From contig NC_042997.1 in assembly GCF_006345805.1 (NCBI RefSeq), forward strand, positions 142,414,001-142,478,000: DNA of 64,000 nt. Direction: 5' to 3'. The notes beneath the pieces were generated by a model. The model was not told the origin of the DNA. It saw only the letters and a program-made list of their open reading frames with translations, and made no database searches. How positions within the stretch are numbered: position 1 is the first letter of the stretch; each line of letters starts with the position of its first letter. This stretch comes from Octopus sinensis. Its lineage: Eukaryota. Position numbers and translations under genes: made by a program. Below, piece after piece: positions 40,426-54,316 of the stretch.

Positions 40426-40519
40426 GTCAGTCGGGATCCAAATTTAGTTTCGGCATATTTTACAACTTAGTACTGTTATATTTCATATTATTAACTGCTA
40501 ATACTTAGTAAATTCATTA

Positions 40520-40555
40520 TGTGTGTGTATGTGTGTGTGTGTGTGTATATGTATG

Positions 40556-40618
<63 letters not shown>

Positions 40619-40628
40619 GTATATATAA
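40520..40628. repeat. (TG)n/(TA)n compound microsatellite
   Basis: Direct reading. Confidence 0.95.
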
Positions 40629-43600
40629 ATGTCCAAGCTATGCCAACATGGAAGATGAATGTTAAAGTTGATGATGTTCTTAATTGTCTTCCTTACATAC
40701 CTTGAAGGCCTTTTGACTTATATTTTAGAAGTTTTGTACAATAAAATCTATAGGTATACAAGAAGGTTTATGGAGTTCCATGATAGAAAGATATTTTTTG
40801 TTTTGAAATTGACAAGCAACTGAGATTTTGTAAAGTGTTTCTGTTTGTTTTTTTCTGTTTCTTTTTCTTTCTTTTGTTGTTCCAGACTGTCTGAATTACA
40901 TTGATGGCATCTTTATAATGTCTAAGATGTCAAGATAAAAGACAGTGAAGAACCAGGCTGTTTCACTTTAAAAATGTTAGTCTTATATTGCTAATATATA
41001 TTTTCAAATATAAACTTAGAAATTGTGTTCACAAATTTTAGTCCTCAGAATATGATGTGAGTTAAGATGATAAAACTGCCATGAACCTCATAGAATGTAA
41101 CTATAAACATTCATGATTAAATTACATTATTATTTTATTGTAAATTCTGTTTGCAAGTCTAAACTGATTTCTTGTAATTTGTTACTAAAATCATGCTAGA
41201 ATTCCTTGAGTTTAGATATTGTGTTATTTGATTGTCTTCTCCTTTTCAACTTGGCATTTAATACTCTTCTTTCAAAGTGAATTTATAATGTACAATTTGG
41301 CACAGGTATGGTTTTGTGGTTAAGAAGCTTGCTTCCTAACCATGTGAGTTTGGGTTCAGTCCCACTGCACAACACCTTGTCCATGTGTCTTCTACTATAG
41401 CTCAGGATCAACCAAAACCATGTAAGTGGATTTGGGAGACAGAAAGTGTGTGTGTGCATGTACATATAGATAGATAGATAGACATCATGTGATGGTTGTA
41501 AATGAGCATCATTGTCATACAAGTGAGGTTGTTTGATCCACCCTTCCTTAGAAAATTGTTCTAGCAAAGGAAAATGCTACCTCTGCATAGAAACAGATGT
41601 AAGTTGGCAACAGGAAGAGCATCCAGCCATAGAAAATCTGCTTCAACAAATTCCATCTGACCTATGCCAGAATGGAATAGCAGACATTAAATGATGATGA
41701 TAATGAACTTGATGAAAGCCAAATTCTCTGAAGTTTAGGTTGATTATTTCTTTTCCTCTCAGAAAGAGATGTTCTCTTTTCATCAGTCTCTGCTGGCCTG
41801 CCAGGGTCATAGGCACAGACCCTTGCTTTAGACCAAACTAAAGTTGAGTGTTATTTTGAAGCAGAGAAGTTCGTGTTCTCATCGACTTTCAATAATATAA
41901 TTTTCTTTCAAATGTATTAATATTTGATTTTCAGTTCAGCATTTTAGAAATTTGTTTCTTTGAAAGAAAGTTTCACTTTGGATAAATAGCAAATAGATCT
42001 ACAACATATGATTATTTACATAATCTAAGATGGCATCCTTGAAATTAGTTGCTATTGTAACTATTGAATCTAGTGATAGATCAATGCAGAAGATTCACTA
42101 TCTCAGGTAGACTTGGATTTTGACTTAGAAAAGGTAGAAAATGAAGTAAAGTTATCAGGTCACACTGACATTCAGATTTACACTTCGGCTGCTTTCCTTG
42201 TGAGATATAATTAAAGAATTTCTCTTTTAATCTTTGAAATTAGACTTATTTCCTATATGAAGCATAAAGACTTCTATATGATTAAATTTATTTTGTTTCA
42301 TTTAGCAGTTTCCTTAATGAACTCATTCAATTATTAACAGCATTATTTTAAATTATATTATTGAGAGAAGAATATCTTACAGTTTGTTGGGGTTTTTTTA
42401 TAAATTTTTGTTTGGTTCATTTTACACCTCAGCTATTATTTCATTCGTACAGAAGTAATTAAATTTTCAATTTATTTTGTACTAAGTTCTGTTATCCAAA
42501 GAAATACTGTTTCTAAATGATTCTGTTTTTATCATTGTTACAAATGTCCCTCCATTTATGCTTCCCTGGTTCCTTGTTACATTTTATTTGCTATGTTATA
42601 AGATTTTTGTTTTGTTTCTAAATTAATGATAAAATTGACTTGCAAAATTTTAAAGAAATTTAAGAAACACAGCAAATAGAATTTGTGTATACACTTGCAT
42701 ACTGCATGCTTACATGATTGAATTTTTATCCATAATATTGTATCATATTGTTAATATTAATTCCACTTATTTTAATCTTTATATATATAAAGCCTCCTCT
42801 TCCATGACCCATTCCTATTTTCCATACATTTCCTCAAATTGAGACTCACCATTCCCTACTCCTTCATCCATGTTTACCATTTACTGCTTTCACTTCTGTC
42901 TTCATCTCTACTGTCTGTCACTCACCTTTCACACTCTCACAAACTTATCTACCCATTCAGCCAGCCATATTCAATTCTCTGCCTCCCCCCACTCTCTCTC
43001 TCCCTCTCTCTTTCCAGCCTCCTTCTTGTACCTTGAGGGTATACCATGACACTTTATATTCACCATGCTTTTTTACTTTTCCTGCTTGGGTGAACATGTA
43101 TTTCATCTACAACGAGGCACTGTTCCTTTCTCTCTTTCCTCTCTATATGACACAAAGCCACCTCCGTCAATATTGCACTCAATCAACACCCCCTTTTGGC
43201 ACTTCATAGGGGATAGTCAGTTAAAAAGTAGATGAAAAGTCTATGTAACAGGTTTTAACCATTCTTGAATACCAGGAATGGCTCTGCCATGATGTAGGTG
43301 TTTCAGTTTCAACACACTCTCAGATTAATTTAATTACCAGAAATATATGGTCCCATGTAAAGATTCAGGTATGGCTGTGTGGTTACAAAGTTTACTTCAC
43401 AACCATGTGAGTCTAGGTTCAGTCCCACTGCACAGGTTTTCTACTATAACCTTGGGCTGACAAGTGCTTTATGAGTGGGACTGGTTGAAGGAAACTGAAA
43501 TTAAAACTGAGTGTTTTTGTTCACAGTTTCCAGTCAGCAAAGATCTTGTAGTTCCACTTTTCAGTGTGTGAGTACCAATAGACTGAAAACAATATGTTAC

Positions 43601-44814
43601 TTGTAGAACAGGTAAGGGTTTATGACAGGAAAAGCATACAATAGACAATCTACATCAATAAGGCTGATGCCCTTCCTCTTGCCAACCATCACTTGTTTCC
43701 TGTTGCCAACTGTCATCTGATTCCAGCCACAGAAAATTCTGCCTTAACAAGTCTCACCTGTCCAAGCTAGCAAGGGAAAGTAGCCATTAAATAAATGACA
43801 ATGAAAAATAGTTTGTCTTGTGTGTGCATTTAGATGTACAACTGCTACTGTTGAGTTTAAAAACTTGTTTCTGATTCTTTTTCCCTTCAGAATAGTTATT
43901 ATTACTATGATCATTGATTTGCTGTTTTTCATTATTCATTCTCTTCACATAAAGGAAAGCCATCTCAGTTTCTTTTACCTTAATTATCCTTCTTACTTCA
44001 GTGCAGTCATCTTGCATTCTCTCCTGCATCTCTAAATTATTATTATTATTATTTTTTTTTTGCTACTCAAGTAAACTTTGATACCTTAATTTGAAAACTA
44101 AAGGCCAACCAAACTAAATTTATCCTTCAAGCATACTATATATTCAGTATAAATCAAACTAAGTACTCTTTTTCCACATATAATACGGAAGTAAAATCAT
44201 TATTTATCATACAAAAGTGATATTTTTTCTGGGATTTCATTGCTTATAATTACAGATACATGTTATGCACAAGTATGTAATATGCACAAATAAATATGCT
44301 AATTCTAATTACAATTGAGCAGAAAGACTCCATTCTTTCTCATCTAAATTTCAGAACTATATAAACAGCAATTTTATTAAGATATTTTTAAAAAATTATC
44401 CATCTCACTGGATCCACATAAAAAGCAAGAGCCAAAAATCAAGTTTGATATTTTTTCTTTAAATTTTACATTATAAAAGTTTTAAAACTCACAATATGCA
44501 TAAATATTGCAACTTGTTAGGTTAGTACTCAAAAATCTTGCAAAATCAGAATAAAGTACTTCTATCTATTCAGCCAGTAATCTATATATTATTAAATCAA
44601 TAATAGAAATTGATATTTGAAGCTTAGAAATAAGGTGTGAAATCAGAGATTTAGGCTGAATATTGTTAACACTCAAGATGTATTTCATGGTAATGAATGT
44701 CTCTGATAATGTTATCTTGGAGAATTTGTGGAGAGTATTTTTTCTACTGCTGGCTTAAAAAAAATTTTGGTGTCTATGGAACAGTGTATGTATGGATGGA
44801 TGGGTGGGTGGATG

Positions 44815-44873
44815 CATATATATGTGTGTGTCCCCGTATATGTGTGTGTATATATGTATATATATATGTATAT

Positions 44874-44913
<40 letters not shown>

Positions 44914-44978
44914 TGTATATATATATATGCATATGTGTGCATATATATATATGCATATGTGTGCATATATATATATGC

Positions 44979-45021
<43 letters not shown>

Positions 45022-45418
45022 TATGTGTGCATATATATATGCATATGTGTGCATATATATATATATGCATATGTGTATATATATATGTGTGTGCATATAT
45101 ATATGCATATGTGTTATATATATATATGTGTATATATATATATATGCATATGTGTATATATATATATGTGTATATATATATATATGCATATGTGTATATA
45201 TATATATGTGTATATATATATATATATATGCATATGTGTGTATATATATATATATAAATATATATATATATGCATTTGTATATATATGTGTGTGTGTATG
45301 TATATATATATGTGTATGTATATATATATATGTGTGTGTGTGTGTATATGTTTATGTATGTGTATTTATATGTGTGTGTGTGTATGTTTGTGCATATATA
45401 ATATATATGTATATATAA
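44815..45418. repeat. About 600-bp compound (TA)/(TG) array with a recurring TGCATATGTG unit
   Basis: Almost pure purine-pyrimidine alternation; 10 copies of TGCATATGTG between about 44927 and 45240. Confidence 0.95.
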
Positions 45419-45765
45419 AACAAAGTTGCCAATAAATATTGGAGAGAGAGAAACTTGGAACTGATTCAAATATATGTTTTGCTGAAATTATAACAGTTAA
45501 TCTTAGTTAAGATGAGTGTTTTTTATGCTTGATAGTAATGTGAGTAGAAGGAAATCTGGATCTAGGTAAATATGACCTGTCTATGAAAGTAATAATAAGT
45601 GATAAGACAGAATCAGTTGCGGTGGGGGGAAGAGGGAGGTAAAAGGGAGAACAAGATAATAGTGAAAGCAAGTGAAACAGTTATATATCATGTATAACAT
45701 AAGCTGACTTGGCTTGGCTTGGTGGCAAATGTTAAATTAATATATACTCACGCATATCTGTTTAC

Positions 45766-45767
<2 letters not shown>

Positions 45768-45814
<47 letters not shown>
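45768..45814. repeat. (TG)n microsatellite
   Basis: Direct reading. Confidence 0.95.
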
Positions 45815-45819
<5 letters not shown>

Positions 45820-46417
45820 GGCAAAACACCAAATTTAGAATTTTTTTTTTATCAAAATCATCATTGTCTTCAGCATCATCATCCTACATTTTCAGTTCTT
45901 TCATACTAGTTTATTAGTATGCCACCTTGTGCACTTCAGTGTTTTTTAGATATGTGTGCTATTGTCTTTCTAAAGAGTGTGAAAGTGTGCTTGTTGATAC
46001 CTTGATGCTTTCTGAAAAAAAATTTGCTGTATTTGGTTTGTTATTTCTTACATAATAATAATAAATGTGCCCTTTTAAAGCCTAGCCAGGCTCATGGGCC
46101 CAGTTTCCCAGTTTCAATGGCATATGTGTTCCCCAGCTGAGTGGACTGGAGCAACGTGAAATGAAATGTTTTGCTCAAGAATTGAAACCACAATCTTACG
46201 ATCATGATGCTGACACCCTAACCACTAAGCCACATGCCTCCACATTTCTTACATTATTTTAATGTTATTCTTATTTGTTGAAGCTCATTTTGCAACCAAA
46301 TGGTTTCGTGTTCAGTCCCACTATTTAGCACCTTGGACAAGTGTCTTTCATTGCCTTGTAAGTTAATTTGGTAGGTGGAAACTGTGTGGAAGCCTGTCAA
46401 ATATTATTATTATTATT

Positions 46418-46922
46418 ATTATTGAGTGAGAGAGCAGTGCATGGCATCAAAGTGACACTGGGGTAAAATAAACGAAGCCCACCATGACTACTCATCTGAT
46501 AAGGGCACACCAGGCACATGCATCACAACCATATGTGCGTGACATGGTGATTTCATATCAATATAAACAGTGCATGACCTTGTAGGTGGGGCCCAGTTGG
46601 AATTTTCTTCTGGTCGAGTAGCCCATCCTGCTCAAAAGGTCCCTGAATAAGGATTGTTTAAGGATGTTGAACGAACCACTAATGTTTCCAAAGGTGAATT
46701 ATCCAAACCTCTAAGAATAACTTTCAAATTACAGTTATGATACTCCCCCACTACTTCTGCTCATGATCAGAGATGCATATATCGTCAGCCACTAAGGGAC
46801 ATGCTCAACTGGTTAAGGTCAAACAACTGACAAGCAAATCTGTGGTATTGAGCAGAATATTTGCTGTAGCCCATCTTTTATTTATACGAAGACAAAACAA
46901 TGTACATGTTATTATTATTATT
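46418..46922. repeat. About 500-bp element of unknown class bounded by (ATT)n on both sides
   Basis: GC-richer block with sharp (ATT)n borders; single copy in this window. Confidence 0.4.
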
Positions 46923-47476
46923 TTGGTATGGCTCAGGTTCAGTCTTACTTACATCTGTCAAATATCATTCACTAAACATTTGTCAATATAACACAATATG
47001 AGTGTATTGCCCAATGTGTCATGCAGTAGAATTGAACTTGAAATGTCATGTTTGCAAAACAAACTTTGTAACCACTTAACTATACTTGCGTATATTGATT
47101 AAATTGATATCTAGAATTTATGTTTATCTCACAAGTCACCAGTAAAAAATTGTGATCAAGCTTAGATTTTTGCCAAATCATTATAGTGCCTCATGGTTGC
47201 TAAGTAGAGTCTTTCTTTCTTTCTTCATGGATGACAACTTCATGTTGACAATATCGCCTGTTTGTCTTACTCTCTATCTATATTTACTATTGCCAGCTTA
47301 GAATTACTATTCCTTCTAAGCAAACTTTACTTTGTAAGGGTTTTATTTTCCATTGATTTACTTCAAACATTGATAAAATACAGATCTTATGATAGTAAAT
47401 AAGACTAAAGAGTTAACTGCATTCCTTTATTCACCCTGTTGTTTGTTTTCTATTTTGGGTGTATATTAAAAAATAT

Positions 47477-47640
47477 AGGTGTGGCTGTGTGGTAAGAAGC
47501 TTGCTTCCCAACCACATGGTTCTGGGTTCAGTCTTACTGCATGGCATCTTAGGCAAGTGTCTTCTACTATAGCTTCAGGCTGACCAAAGCCTTGTAAGTG
47601 GATTTGGTAGACGGAAACTGAAAGATGCCCATCATGTATA
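47477..47640 (+). mobile_element. tRNA-derived SINE, family B head; other heads near 2660-2780(-), 38036-38180, 38850-39015(-), 41300-41450, 43365-43500, 46290-46400, 49468-49620, 61030-61175(-), 62268-62395(-)
   Basis: A-box-like TGGCTGTGTGG (47482) and B-box-like GGTTCAGTC (47525), then GGCAAGTGTCTTCTACTATAGC...GTGGATTTGGTAGACGGAAACTG. Confidence 0.85.
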
Positions 47641-47646
47641 TATATG

Positions 47647-47677
<31 letters not shown>

Positions 47678-48515
47678 TATATATATATGGCGAGTGGACA
47701 AGTAAGTTTGCAAGAGCATGAAAGAAGAGTAGATTGAGGGGAGTGTTTCATTTTTATTATAAATATCCAGTCCATTCTCACAGGCACCTTACATAAGATT
47801 TCTGGCTGGTATTCATACCTGCTTCTAGGCTGTGCTGAAATCTATTCACATTCAGAGAGATAGAAATTGAAAGATAATTAACCATAATAGTTTTGCCAAC
47901 AGTTCTACTGTCTACATCAGTATAGTAAATTCAGTTTAAGATCTAAAATAAACTTTTATGATGTGAATTTATGATTTAGGTTTTGTCTTACATAAATATT
48001 CAGATTATATGATATTTGAGAAATATTACTACAAAGTTTGTCTCAGATAGCAAAATATTGGTCATGGCTCCATGTCCCACTTTGGTGGTTTTAAATCCAC
48101 CTAGGGTCATCTCAGTATTTTATCTTCTGAGGCTAGTAACATCAGTATCCAGTGGCTTGTATTTGATTTGAAAAAGTGTAAGGATTGTTGTGGTGTGGTG
48201 TTTTTTAGAGGGTTTACTAATGTATATTTCTTGTTTTTACTAGATAGCTAGAAATTATAAAAATGTATTTATTACTTGAGGGATACTGCAAGATAGGCAA
48301 TACAAAAAAACAAGGACGGGTCATTCGAAGCTTTCTATCCTCAATCAAGAAACGGATCATCCTCGCAATTTTGGCTGATTAATCTTGAGATTGCTCCAAT
48401 CTGGCCAGCCCCAAGGAAAAAACTAAGCTAAGAGCATTAGATTCCTTGGAAAAATTAATTATAAAATTATTTTAGCATTTTCTACCTTGACTTGTTTTTC
48501 CATATATATATATAT

Positions 48516-49455
48516 TGTTACGACCTGCCGTCGCTCAACTCAGACTCAGGACCCTAAGTCAAACGACGACGACTATGCTCAGTCAAATCGGAAATCCACC
48601 ACAGAAAATGGGGGTGGGTTGGCAGCGAACGCAAACCAGTAACCGGAGACAACAACAACAACAGGAAGCGAGAGACAGCGGAAGGCAGTTTCTTACATTT
48701 AACAACACAATTTATATAATTTTTACAACATCAATTAATCGTAATACATTTCAGATACATTTAAACATAGTACAACGTCCGAAAACCATCAGAACAAATG
48801 TTCAACACAATACAGAGTTCGATCCTTCAAAACAAATCAAAACAAATAGTCTCTTTCTTTTAACACAATGTTTTCTCTTTTCTTTCTTTTCCACAGTTCT
48901 TTTCCTTTTAGAAACACATCTTACAGTTCCCCCTTCTTTTACATTTCAACATCAAAGTTCAAAACATACAGAAGAAACAACATTTACAACAATACCGGCA
49001 ACACTTTCCGAACATCACAAAACACTACTATAAGTACTCCAAATTCTTCACTGTCATCCTCCTTACTTCCTCTCGCTTGTCAAGTTCTCAATCTTCTCTG
49101 TCTGTCTTCCTCACCTCGCTGTTGCCTCTCGCCATCACCACTTTGGCTGACCGTCCGTATCGACTCGCTGTCGCAACCAACTGCCTTCTTCTCCGGCCCT
49201 TTGGCTGTCTCTGATCTCTTCGCCGGGCCCTTGCTGTCTGATCTCCTAACACCAGCTCCTTGCCATATTTTAAAGGAGTGGCAGATTTATTTTTTTCTCA
49301 ACTTTCCTTGACCGTGTAAGGGTCAGAGGTACTTCCTACCCTCATTAATTTCCCTTACCGGTGACAAGACAAAGACCCATTATTTCTTTTCCACACCGGT
49401 CCGGCTTCAGCCAACGGAAGTAGGTCATAGCATTTTCTCGTCTTTTTCTGCAACA
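48516..49455. mobile_element. Probable solo LTR (940 bp) inserted in a (TA)n tract
   Basis: Starts TGTTACG and ends TGCAACA (TG...CA), with ATAT on both sides. Far more CpG-rich than the flanks; no recognisable protein. Confidence 0.6.
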
Positions 49456-50167
49456 ATATATATAAATATACATGGCTGTGTGGTTAGGGAGCTTGCTTCC
49501 TAGCTACATGGTTTCGGGTTCAGTCCCACTGCATGGCACTTTGGGTAGGTGTCTTCCACTATAGCCCCAAGCCGACCGGAGCTTTGTGATTGAATTCGGT
49601 AGGTGGAAGTTACTGCCGTGTGTGTATGTGTGCGTATAGCTGCTCAGTGCCTCTCCGAAAGAGAGAGAGGAATATATTATATAACAAAGATGATAGCCAT
49701 CTCACATCCAACCTGACTGTTCTGATTTACTTTTATCCTTGCATGTGTGTGGATATGCATTGCCATAGGGCTTTTTAAATTACAAAATGGATCAAGAAAT
49801 GAAATGATATTGAGACATTCATATTTCATTAGATTTAAGTGACAAAATCTTCTGTAACACTTTTGTCACTCTTGGTCACCATCATAAGTTCCAGTGGCAA
49901 GCATTGCAAGATTAGCGATCCCATTTTGACTGGAAGTTTTATACCAGAGTATCTTTCTCCTAGAAGAGTTGCCTTCCTCACAGCCTTATCAGATTCCTGT
50001 CCCCCTTGGAAATCTGTTTAACTTATAGATGAGACCCTGACAGATACTACTGTTCTGGGTTAAAATGGATCTGGGAATAATGTAATTAAGTGGTGACTCC
50101 ATGCCCTCCCCCATAACTCTAGATCTTCTGAACTGGAGCCTTGCCATCAAATGCAGCTTGATGTCAT

Positions 50168-50578
50168 AGGTTCAGGCATGTGGTTAAGAAGCTCACTTTG
50201 GAACCAAGTGGTTCCAGGTTCACTCCCAATGTGTGGTACCTTAAGCATGTGTTTTTACTGTAGTCCCAGGCTGACCAATATCTTGTGACTGAATTTAATA
50301 ATCGGAAACTGTGTGGAAGCCCATTTGTATATTAGTGTATGTGTGTGTGTATGCATGCACATACTTGGGTGTGTGTCCTCCACCACCACCACTACCACTT
50401 GACAACTAGTGTTGGTTTGTTTACTTTGTTGTAACTTAGCAGTTTGACAAAAGAGACAGATAGAATAAGTGCCAGACCTAAGAAATAAGTACTAGGGTTG
50501 ATTTGCTCAACTAAACCCTTCAACGCTGTGCTCCAGCATGGTTGTAGCTCAATGACTGAAACAAGTAAAAGATAAAAA
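50168..50578 (+). mobile_element. Full-length family-B SINE (head, internal microsatellite, tail ...ATGACTGAAACAAGTAAAAGA); other full copies 9641-10026(+), 25305-25620(-), 26545-27140(-), 60130-60510(-)
   Basis: The same head, microsatellite and tail order recurs in all these copies. Confidence 0.85.
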
Positions 50579-52729
50579 TACACACGTTTATAGAAAATTC
50601 TTTGATAATATCTGCTCTTTGTTTGTAAAGAAACTGAAACTGCTTTTGTCTTGTATAGTTTCAGAAAATTCTTTTGCTTAGATGATGGCATAAACTAGGA
50701 CTGAGCAAATTGCAAAGGAACTTATTAGCATCAGTAATTTACATTGTTTTATATTCTTTGTTTGTTTTTCATAATGAATGGGTCTCGTACTAATTCACTA
50801 CTTGTTATTCTTCTTTGTCATCTTATTCAGAATATCTGTACTAGATGTGTTGCTGCAAGCAACTTGAAGAGTTTACACCTTTTTGATTCATTTGTATGAA
50901 AATGCTAAATTGTTGCCACTTTTTAAATTTAAATTCAGTTATTTTTCTTTTTTTTTTCTTTCCATAAATTAAAATTTCTATGATTTGCACCCAGACATCA
51001 TTCAATGTCTTAATCAAGCTTTATTGAGTTATTGTTTCATTAAATCAGTAATCAAAATTTTTACTTATTAAATTATTGGCGCCATCCAAATGAAGATGGT
51101 TCACTTCAAGTTTCTTCCAAAATCAATGACAAAAATGAAACTACCTTTCTTGGAAATATTTTGCTACATGGTTAAGGAATCCATTTTAGAATCCTATAGT
51201 TTGGTTTTTGCTCTCACTTTGTGGATGCTGTCAACTGGTGCTTTCTACTTTAGCTGCAGATTATTCAATACCTTGTGATTGAAATTTGTTAGATGGAAAC
51301 TGAAAGAAGTCTGTCATCTACATCATCATATTATCATCATTATTAAAGTAGCTAGCTAGCAGAACTGTTAGCACTTCAGACAAAATGCTAAATGGGTTTT
51401 GCCCGTTTTTATGTTCTGAGCTCAAATTCTGAAAAGGCCAACTTTGCCTTTCATCCTTTTGGATCAATACTTATAAAATAAGTATTATAAAATAAGTATT
51501 GATGTAATTGACTTCCTCCTCTCCTTATAAACTTCTGGCCCCTGTGCCAAAATTTTAAACTCCCTCTTTTCCATGCATCCATGAGTCAGACAGAATTTGT
51601 TAAGGCAGATTATTTACTGTGTCTGATACCAACTATCACTAGTTTTCTAGCAAGGATTCATAGTCAATAGATGTTCAAACAACAATGCAACCACTGCTGA
51701 TATATCTACTTGCTGTTTAAGCAGTTCAAGTATACACGATACATTAAATATCTTACATACATCTGCACACACCATTAAATAAAATAAATATTATTCAGTT
51801 TCAGAACTATAAATTACTGACTGTTCAGCTATATTTTACTTATATTTTTTTTTTCAGTTTATGTTATTGTATGTCTATTGTTATATCATTTCATCTGTAC
51901 TATAATGCTTATTAATTAGGTATATAACAATTACTAAAAGTACTAAAAGAAAGCAAATATTAAAGGGTTGACCATCTGGAAATATTTTTATAAATTCATG
52001 TTCTAAGAAATTTCCTATAATTTTGATTTCTCAAGTTCATTGAATTTTTTAAACTCCAATTTCTCGCAAATTTAAATATTCCCTGCATCCAATTCATCAC
52101 AAATTTAAATATTCATCACATTCACTGCAGAGTATTCCATTTTCATTTGCAAAGTCTCTCACTTTCTCTTTTAAGTTTTTATTCACTATTAATGTATACA
52201 TAATGTAAAAACATTATTTATTGAATGAAATTTTAAAAAATACCTGTATAATTTTTGAACGTGGGATAGCTGTGAGGAGAGCCGAGAAAGTTGAGTAATT
52301 ACTATTAGAAGATGAGAAGGAAAAAAAATTGTACTCAAAACTTGCACCTTATTCACAGTTTCCAAACTCAACTTCAACAGTGACACACATACACACCAAT
52401 ACACACTCACGCACACAAATAGATACACATACACACAAATGAAAGGCAATGAGTGTGGGTGTGTGCTGTTCACTGACAAAACTTCATGCTGCATCACTTT
52501 TGTGAAGTTTTATCAGTGAGCATGTTGCAGTTTCAAAGTGATGAAAATATTTTGGCACAAATGGAGTGAAGCTAACGGTATTTGTGTGTTCTTGAATGGT
52601 TTACAAACATCTTCCATGCTGCAATTGTTTTTTGTTTCAGCACACGATCTCAGATCAAGTCATTTGCTATGCAAGTACATCTCTCTGTAATTTTTAAAAA
52701 TCACTGTGGATAAATGCCAGCAATGACTT

Positions 52730-53485
52730 TCTCAGGCTTTCAAATATTTTAATTTCTAAACAGAAATAATCAGGAGCAGGGAGTGGGGTTACAAAAAATT
52801 CATAATTTCTCAAATTTTCTTTTTTATAGCATATAAATGTATTTATGGTGAAAAAAATATTGAAAAACATCAATACATGTGAGAGTGATAAAGAAACGAA
52901 GAGTGTTGTCTTTGGATGTGCCAGAAACAACAGCCAAATCGCCCTTAAATCACTTTTCCCTCTGAAAATATTAACAATTAAAAAAAATTTTTTTCCCCGA
53001 AAATGCTGTTCCCATTGTTTTGAAGTGCAGAATAAAATTGGCCAAAATGGGCCCAGAGTGAGATGATGAGGGAGCAGGGTGTGTAAAAAAAGAGTTTTCA
53101 AAATAATTTTCATTCAAAGATGCCCCCACTCAACCCCATCATTTCAAAAGCTGTGGTTTAAAAAAAGTGGGGTAAATACCTCCTCCAAATTTTCCCCACA
53201 CATTTTTTTATAATCGTAATCTATGCCCTTTGAAAGGGATTTGTGTAAATTTTCATTAAAAGATAACCATCTTCCTGAAAGTTAGGAAAGAAAAAAAGTC
53301 AGATTGTGTGAATTTTCTGAAACCCCTTTCTCCACCTCCTCGCAAAAATTATTTCCCAAAAATCCCTATATACACTGAAGCCACAACATCTAAAGCGGTA
53401 TTTATAGAAAATTTTGTTAAAAAGTATTCATCTTTCTGGATGTTATGAGGCAACAAAGTCGGGGGCACATATACATCTGTAGTAA
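52730..53485 (+). mobile_element. Possible non-autonomous Helitron-like element
   Basis: Distinct composition with homopolymer-rich motifs; the 3' end AAAGTCGGGGGCACA...TAGT resembles recalled Helitron GAAGTCGCGGGCA...CTAGT ends. Confidence 0.3.
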
Positions 53486-54163
53486 AGCTCTTTTATTTAT
53501 CCGATTTATTCATTTTGTATTTATTTAATTCATTGTTTGCAGTATTCTCTCTCTCTCTCTCACACACACCCTGCAAAGCTTACAGATGGGCTGCTGAATT
53601 GAAATCTCTGTGTTGCTTTGAGGGGAAGGTAAAACTTGACAAACTGCTTCCCCCTCTGTTGTTGGACTACCTTGATCTTTGTTTAAAAAAGAGAGATTAT
53701 AACTGTGATAAAGTAATGAAAGCAATATTCACTAAGCAAGTGAGCACTATTACACAAAGAAATAATTAGACGTAAAATATAAAAATTATTAGAAATGGGA
53801 ATCAAATGTGAAAATATTATCATGTGGCTAGCAGAAAACCACCTGGAGGGTGGTCTTTCTGCTAGTCCTACGCTCTATTTTAGGAGATGCCAATGTAGCC
53901 ATTGACAAAAATTAAAAAGAGAACATTCCTTAAAATATTAATTATACTTTGAATCCATAGCAGTTTTTTTTTTTCGTTTTTTTTTTCTAATATGGAAATA
54001 TCTTAAACTTCTCAAATGATTTTTATTAGTTTTGTTTGCATTGTTTATATTTCTTTATTTGTATTTTTTGCTTTGGTTTCAAAACTTGGCTAGAAAAATG
54101 GGTTGGCTAAATATACCCTTGAGGCATGAAGCAACTAACAGCCGATGATTCTCTACAACTTAC

Positions 54164-54316
54164 AATGGCTGTTAACTGGACTTCTTTGGTCTTCATTTCA
54201 TGGAGGCCTCTTTTACAAGCAGTCATTTTAAATTCAAAGCATTTTAATTTTCTTGCATCAGATGAAGCAGAAAATCTATTTCTAGAGATTTTTAGATTAA
54301 ATTTTGAAAATATTGA
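54164..54316 (-). other. Candidate 153-nt phase-0 exon (SIFSKFNLKISRNRFSASSDARKLKCFEFKMTACKRGLHEMKTKEVQLTAI)
   Basis: TCTTTTTCAG acceptor, GTAAGT donor, stop-free; no recognisable domain. Confidence 0.22.

Noticed and set aside
44697-45469. Long ORFs of up to 208 aa (YI/CV/HT-rich)
   Set aside because: Translations of (TA)n/(TG)n low-complexity sequence.
47477-47545. tRNA-like A and B boxes here and in other copies
   Set aside because: No cloverleaf or anticodon arm; these are SINE heads.
48515-49311. 172-aa and 147-aa ORFs
   Set aside because: Low-complexity S/T/Q-rich frames inside the putative solo LTR, with no domain.
53515-53769. 84-aa ORF with possible splice sites
   Set aside because: Starts in a CT/CA microsatellite, weak acceptor, no recognisable domain.
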